Shown piece by piece: positions 59,113 to 64,000 of a DNA stretch of 64,000 nt. The position numbers and the translations under genes are program-made. The first letter of the stretch is position 1. Every line of letters starts with the position of its first letter. The notes under the pieces are model-generated. The model had not been told where the DNA came from. It made no database searches and saw nothing but the letters and a program-made list of their open reading frames with translations. Source of the stretch: a virus (Duplodnaviria; Caudoviricetes); the IMG/VR virus record IMGVR_UViG_3300032167_000006. The stretch is one strand, 5' to 3'.

Positions 59113-60432
59113 ATGAATCAATGTCAACAGCTGCACGAAACTATTGTGCGAGACATTCTTGATGTTTTTGATAACGTTAAGAACTTTGATCAAATTGAAT
59201 GGATTAGAAGTAGAAATAATGTAGGTTCGATTGCTAAAAGAGCAAGTAATTTAGTTTTAGTATTTCCTGTAATTTGCTCTACATCTATTAATATCCAAAC
59301 CGCATCTATTATTACTAAAGCTATAGAACGTAAATGTGTTTCACTTTTACAGATTCTTTTTAGCTCAATGCAATTAACAAGCGTTGATAACATGTATGAT
59401 TATCTCAGACAATTCCATAGCAATTTAGGTCTTAAAGGAAATCTTACCCTTGATGATTTTATAACTGTTATGGATAGAATGGTTGATGAGGGTGCTGCTC
59501 AAATTACAGACATGGAAGCATACCAAGCTGTTAAAGAAGATATGAAAAATATTAACTATCATCTTAGTACTGAAATTAATCCTACATCTATTAACGAGTA
59601 CGTAATTCGTAAAGATATGTATGGCGATTCTCATGTAGTTAGAGAAGATTATAAGAGTTTTCTTAATAAAAAGATTAATACTGCTGTAGATTCTTCTCTT
59701 GCTAAACGCTCTGAAGAAATTTACAATGCATCTAAAAAAGTTGACAAACAGGTTGATTACTTTAGAAATCAACTTTCTACAGGTGAAATTAATAAAGCTA
59801 ATGAGCTTATGCCTACAACAATGATTGTTAATTTTACTACTAAAGATGATAAAGGTTCTACATTTACAACTACTGGCGTAGTTGGTATTAAAGCTAAATT
59901 ATATCCTGTAGATTCTATGGATATATGTAATCGTATTGCATCTAAATATAAAGATTCTAATGGTTTATTTAATCTTGTTAGAGCATCTACAAGAGAAATT
60001 TCTTTCTTTAGAGATCTTGCATTTGCTATAGATAAAGCTAAACTTGATGCTGTTATGATGGCTAAGGAATCTAATAATGCTAAGATATTTAAAGTTCTGG
60101 AACGTAGAGCAGCTAAAAATAGATTCTCTGCTTTACTTAAGAAAAATGATGCTTCTCCTATAACATCATTAATTCTTTCACAGGATGAAGTTGAATATCT
60201 TAAGAAATATAATTCATTAGATATGGAAAAATCATATGTAACTAGAAAGATTCTTGAGAATTATAACTTAATGGATATTGTTATAGCTGATGAATCTCTT
60301 GAAGTTGCTAAGTTTCTTTTTGATGATGGCGATGGTGTATTTGAGACATTATCGTTTGATTCACTTGAGAAAGAAGCTAAAGATTCTTCATACAAAAAAG
60401 TTGTTAATCTTATGAGTAGAATAAATCGCTAA
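59113..60432 (+). CDS. Putative virion structural protein
   Basis: 439 aa, RBS AAGGAGG, late-type promoter, adjacent to head-type genes. Confidence 0.55.
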   Translation: MNQCQQLHETIVRDILDVFDNVKNFDQIEWIRSRNNVGSIAKRASNLVLVFPVICSTSINIQTASIITKAIERKCVSLLQILFSSMQLTSVDNMYDYLRQFHSNLGLKGNLTLDDFITVMDRMVDEGAAQITDMEAYQAVKEDMKNINYHLSTEINPTSINEYVIRKDMYGDSHVVREDYKSFLNKKINTAVDSSLAKRSEEIYNASKKVDKQVDYFRNQLSTGEINKANELMPTTMIVNFTTKDDKGSTFTTTGVVGIKAKLYPVDSMDICNRIASKYKDSNGLFNLVRASTREISFFRDLAFAIDKAKLDAVMMAKESNNAKIFKVLERRAAKNRFSALLKKNDASPITSLILSQDEVEYLKKYNSLDMEKSYVTRKILENYNLMDIVIADESLEVAKFLFDDGDGVFETLSFDSLEKEAKDSSYKKVVNLMSRINR

Positions 60433-60449
60433 GGAAGGAGGAAAGAAAG

Positions 60450-61571
60450 ATGTATACTTATACGAGACCAGATCCTATAAAGGAATCTGATGCTTCGTTT
60501 ACTGGATATATGGTAGATGAGACAAAAATGATTAAATCTTTTGATTATGCTTCTATATATCGTTCACAGCAATTTACTGAAGCTATGAAATATTTCGATA
60601 ATGATGATACAATGACAAGAAATATTTTATTATCTGTAAATGAAGCTGATCAGAATCTTGTTATGACTTCATTAGCTAATAAGTTATATGGTCATATTAC
60701 TGAAAAGGTAGATGAGATAGATTTTGGTACTATTCCTAATTCTAAAGGTGATATTACTAAGATTGATAATTATGAAAAACTTCTTGATTGCGTAAATATC
60801 ATTTCAGATATTCTTCAGCAATATCATCAGGATACTACTCCTGTAGAGACTGTTAGTCTTGCTATACAGAATATGGTTGATAGAACAGATATGTTTGAGA
60901 AAGCATACAAACTTAACGTAGAAATGCCTATTATTATTTATAATACTATAGTACTTTCTATCGTAAGTGCTGTATCATATATGATTTCATCATGCATCGA
61001 ATTTGTTAAGTTACCTGAAGATAAAGGCTTTGAAATTGCAATGGATAAAATTTCAGCAGTTAAAGTCAGAGACTCTATCTTATTTAACGATCTTAAGAAA
61101 TTCAATAAGATGTGTGCTGATGGTTCTTTTGATAAAGCAATGGATTATGTAATGAAACAGAACGCTAATAATTTTGCTGGAGCTTCATTCGCATTTGGCG
61201 CTAGTTCAATTGTAGTTGCTCTTGGACTTTTATTACTTATAATCCCTGTTATTAGAGAACTTATATTCTTCTTCTATTATTCGAAAGCTAAAGTATCTGA
61301 TTACTTTGATGCTCAATCATCTTTATTATTAATTAATGCTTATAATATTGAGAATAATTTATCTAGAGATGAAAAGACCAAGAAGCAGATATCAGGTAAA
61401 CAACGTAAAGTTGCTGATGTATTTAAAAAGATTTCTAATACTCTTAAAGTTAATTTAAAGACTGGAGAAAAGAAATCTAGTGACGAAATTAATAAATTAG
61501 ATAAACAGAAATTTAAGCATGATGAGGTATTAGATAAGATGCCTGATTCTTCTAATTCTGTATTATTCTAA
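60450..61571 (+). CDS. Putative virion protein with one hydrophobic segment
   Basis: 373 aa; FAFGASSIVVALGLLLLIIPVI hydrophobic stretch; RBS AAGGAGG. Confidence 0.55.
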   Translation: MYTYTRPDPIKESDASFTGYMVDETKMIKSFDYASIYRSQQFTEAMKYFDNDDTMTRNILLSVNEADQNLVMTSLANKLYGHITEKVDEIDFGTIPNSKGDITKIDNYEKLLDCVNIISDILQQYHQDTTPVETVSLAIQNMVDRTDMFEKAYKLNVEMPIIIYNTIVLSIVSAVSYMISSCIEFVKLPEDKGFEIAMDKISAVKVRDSILFNDLKKFNKMCADGSFDKAMDYVMKQNANNFAGASFAFGASSIVVALGLLLLIIPVIRELIFFFYYSKAKVSDYFDAQSSLLLINAYNIENNLSRDEKTKKQISGKQRKVADVFKKISNTLKVNLKTGEKKSSDEINKLDKQKFKHDEVLDKMPDSSNSVLF

Positions 61572-61584
61572 TTTTAATTAAATA

Positions 61585-61597
61585 AACATTCATATAA
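61585..61597 (+). promoter_or_regulatory. Putative late promoter AACA-ttcata-TAA
   Basis: 111-nt leader to ATG 61707. Confidence 0.65.
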
Positions 61598-61610
61598 ATT
61601 ATATAAAGAC

Positions 61611-61650
61611 ACTTTTTACCTTACTTTTTACTTATAATAAAACTTTTTAC
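61611..61650 (+). repeat. ACTTTTTAC x3 in the 5' leader
   Basis: Copies at 61611-61619, 61623-61631 and 61642-61650. Confidence 0.8.
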
Positions 61651-61706
61651 TTTATTCCTTAAAAAATTTAAATCAAAAATAAATATTTGTAAGGAGGATT
61701 ACAATA

Positions 61707-62990
61707 ATGATTTTTAATAGTAATACAACATCACTTGGTGCTAATACTACTATTCCTATGGCTGAAGGCTATGACGCTCATTGCGGTGTAGGTTTAGCTC
61801 TCGTTGAGTCTGCTCGTAATGATTACTCAATGTTCAAAGCTATGATTCAGGCTGATTATAAAGAACTTGCTATTTGTAAAGAGTCAACTGGCGTTGTTAT
61901 GGAGGGCGAAATTGCTGCTCTTCACGAGGCAGTTGGTGGCGGTATCTTCAAGAAGATCGTAGAGCTCTTCAAGAAGCTTGTTGCTAAAATTAAATCAATT
62001 TTCCACAATTTTGCTGCTAGACTTCAGGGTCTTTTCGGCAAGGATGCAGACCTCGTTAAGAAATATCAGACAGAGGTTCTTAGAAAGAGCAATATTAATA
62101 AGCTTGAAGTTAAATGGCGTAAAAAGGCTGATAACTTTGATTCAGTTGCATTTGATCTTATCGACCCCACTGCATTTGACGGTTATGCAAAAGCAAAGGG
62201 CGAAAATAAAGATATTGAAGGTTGGGCTGAAGACTCTTGGGAGCGTGTACAGTTCTTCCTTAAGAAATCTGGTATCGAGAAATGCGAATCAACAAGCGAA
62301 GTAGTAACTGAGTTTGTAAATAAGAATTTTGCTGATGAAGATACACTCACAATCGGTGATGTAGGCGGCGTTCGTGCAATCTGTGATTTCTTAAGTGGTT
62401 ATTCTAAGAAATTTGATACAATGCAGAAAAATATCAATAAGTCTACTACAAATCTTGAGAAGATTGTTAAGTCTTATAACGATAAAGCTAGCGAAGTAGC
62501 TGAGAAGTCAAATGATAAGGGCGTAGCTAATGTTGATGGTAAGTTTGTATCGATTAATCAGGCTAATCATATTTATGATATGGCAGTTGCTTATCAGACA
62601 GCTGTTCTTGCTATTATGCAGGCTACTACTGACTGTGCTAAGATCGATTACAAACAGAACAAAGCTGCTTTCATGAAGGCTGTTACTGTAAGTGAGAAGA
62701 AGCTTGAAGAGTCAACACTTCTTGCTGCTGTAGCTGAGGCTGCTGAAGAGGAAGTTGAAGAGGTTCTTGCTGGCGCTCTTGAGAAGGAAGAAATTTCAGA
62801 TGTAAGCGCAGCTTCTACAAATGTTAAGGATGCCGATGTTTCAGATGATCCTGATAAGCTTACTTATGGTCCTGATCAGTATACAGCTAACGCTAAGTTT
62901 GATGGTCCTGTTGATGGCGAGATCGATACAGACCCAAACAGCAAAGACTGTAAAGAAGAATCTGCTTTCTTCGGTAAATTATTCTATTAA
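61707..62990 (+). CDS. Internal-head-like virion protein (paralogue family)
   Basis: Acidic N-terminal segment ending LHEA, then amphipathic IFKKIVELFKKLVAKIKSIF; paralogous to 63023. Confidence 0.6.
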   Translation: MIFNSNTTSLGANTTIPMAEGYDAHCGVGLALVESARNDYSMFKAMIQADYKELAICKESTGVVMEGEIAALHEAVGGGIFKKIVELFKKLVAKIKSIFHNFAARLQGLFGKDADLVKKYQTEVLRKSNINKLEVKWRKKADNFDSVAFDLIDPTAFDGYAKAKGENKDIEGWAEDSWERVQFFLKKSGIEKCESTSEVVTEFVNKNFADEDTLTIGDVGGVRAICDFLSGYSKKFDTMQKNINKSTTNLEKIVKSYNDKASEVAEKSNDKGVANVDGKFVSINQANHIYDMAVAYQTAVLAIMQATTDCAKIDYKQNKAAFMKAVTVSEKKLEESTLLAAVAEAAEEEVEEVLAGALEKEEISDVSAASTNVKDADVSDDPDKLTYGPDQYTANAKFDGPVDGEIDTDPNSKDCKEESAFFGKLFY

Positions 62991-63022
62991 TTATAAATTA
63001 TCCAATAAAGGAGGATACAGTA

Positions 63023-64000
63023 ATGATTTTTAACGAGATGAAATCTAACACAGATTCTGATGTTATTGTTAATGAGAGCCCTTATGAACTTGGTATCGGC
63101 GGCGCTCTTATGCATGTATATGAAAATGAATGCAATTATAACGCTCTTATGAAAGCTGCTGCTCTCAGCGAGCTTAAATATTATAATGAAAATGGTGGCG
63201 ACCTCTTTGTTCAGGAAGCTGGTGCATTCTCAGGTTTCTTAGCTAAGATTAAGGCATTCTTCCTCAAGGTTATTGAGAAGATTAAGAGCATTGCTCATAA
63301 GTTCATGGCTAAGGTTAATCAGTACACAATGTCTGATAAGGACTTTGTTAAGAAATACCAGACAGAAATCCTTAGACGTGATCTTAAGGATTTTGAATTC
63401 ACTGGTTATAAATTCCCCAAATTCAATGCTGGCATTGAAAAAGATAATAAAGTATTAGTTAATGGTATTCCTGCTAAGGATGCAGATCAGGATACACTTA
63501 ATGAAGTTATTGAGAAGAATCGTGGTAAAATCGTTGGTGGTTCTGCAATGACAGAGTCTGAGTATCGTGATGCTCTTAAAGAAAAATTATACGGTGATAA
63601 GGATTCATTCCCTGTAGTTATTCGTGAGCAGTTTGATATTATTACTAAAACTAAAGATGATATTAAAGCTGTTGAGGATGATAAGAAATCTATCATTAAA
63701 GCTATCGAGGATATCATCAAGGCTACTGAGAATACATGGAAAGCTGATAATAAAGCTCTTAACGATACAGTTAAAGATTTAAAGGATGACGTTAAAGAAG
63801 AGAAAGAGGCTGCTCTTAAGCTTCTTGATCATCAGGTTTATGTATGGAAAGCATACTCAAATGACTTGACTGTATACTTTGGTGCTAAGGCTAAGTCACT
63901 TGTTGACAGAAACCGTCAGGCTAAAGCTATCTGTGTTAAGGCTCTTTCATACAAAGCTAAGAATGAATCTGCTTCTGTAGAAGAGAGTGCTTATGGCAAT
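63023..64000 (+). CDS. Internal-head-like virion protein, paralogue of 61707 (partial, runs off the window)
   Basis: RBS AAGGAGG; ATG 63023 is open to the window end: MIFN...VQEAGAFSGFLAKIKAFFLKVIEKIKSI...D.DFVKKYQTEILR; missing from the ORF track. Confidence 0.8.
   Translation, partial: MIFNEMKSNTDSDVIVNESPYELGIGGALMHVYENECNYNALMKAAALSELKYYNENGGDLFVQEAGAFSGFLAKIKAFFLKVIEKIKSIAHKFMAKVNQYTMSDKDFVKKYQTEILRRDLKDFEFTGYKFPKFNAGIEKDNKVLVNGIPAKDADQDTLNEVIEKNRGKIVGGSAMTESEYRDALKEKLYGDKDSFPVVIREQFDIITKTKDDIKAVEDDKKSIIKAIEDIIKATENTWKADNKALNDTVKDLKDDVKEEKEAALKLLDHQVYVWKAYSNDLTVYFGAKAKSLVDRNRQAKAICVKALSYKAKNESASVEESAYGN

Overview
AT-rich (roughly 70% AT by eye) late/structural region of a jumbo tailed phage of the AR9/PBS1-phiKZ type, probably infecting a clostridial host (AGGAGG-type RBSs; endolysins with SLH and CW_7 wall-binding domains). 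From left to right: (i) 1-19.9 kb, a cluster of fibre/appendage genes built from short recurring terminal motifs and interleaved with enzymes (two GT2 glycosyltransferases, a CotH-like kinase, a metallophosphoesterase) and binding modules (BspA LRR, CBM5/12-like, YadA-like beta-roll); (ii) two endolysins and a macrodomain-Zn-ribbon protein; (iii) a 2608-aa LamG/CotH-kinase/LRR giant; (iv) a beta-like subunit of a phage multisubunit RNA polymerase; (v) a 3786-aa tape-measure-like protein with C39-like, lysozyme and CHAP domains, followed by baseplate/tube-like genes, a RusA-like resolvase and paralogous internal-head-like proteins. In the non-coding DNA I found 13 copies of WACA-N6-TAA, matching the AR9 late-promoter consensus, two sequence-conserved hairpin families, and two long imperfect inverted repeats, one of which brackets a whole gene. 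I saw no tRNA, rRNA, CRISPR array, reverse transcriptase, integrase or transposase. All protein assignments come from motif recognition by eye, not from database searches.
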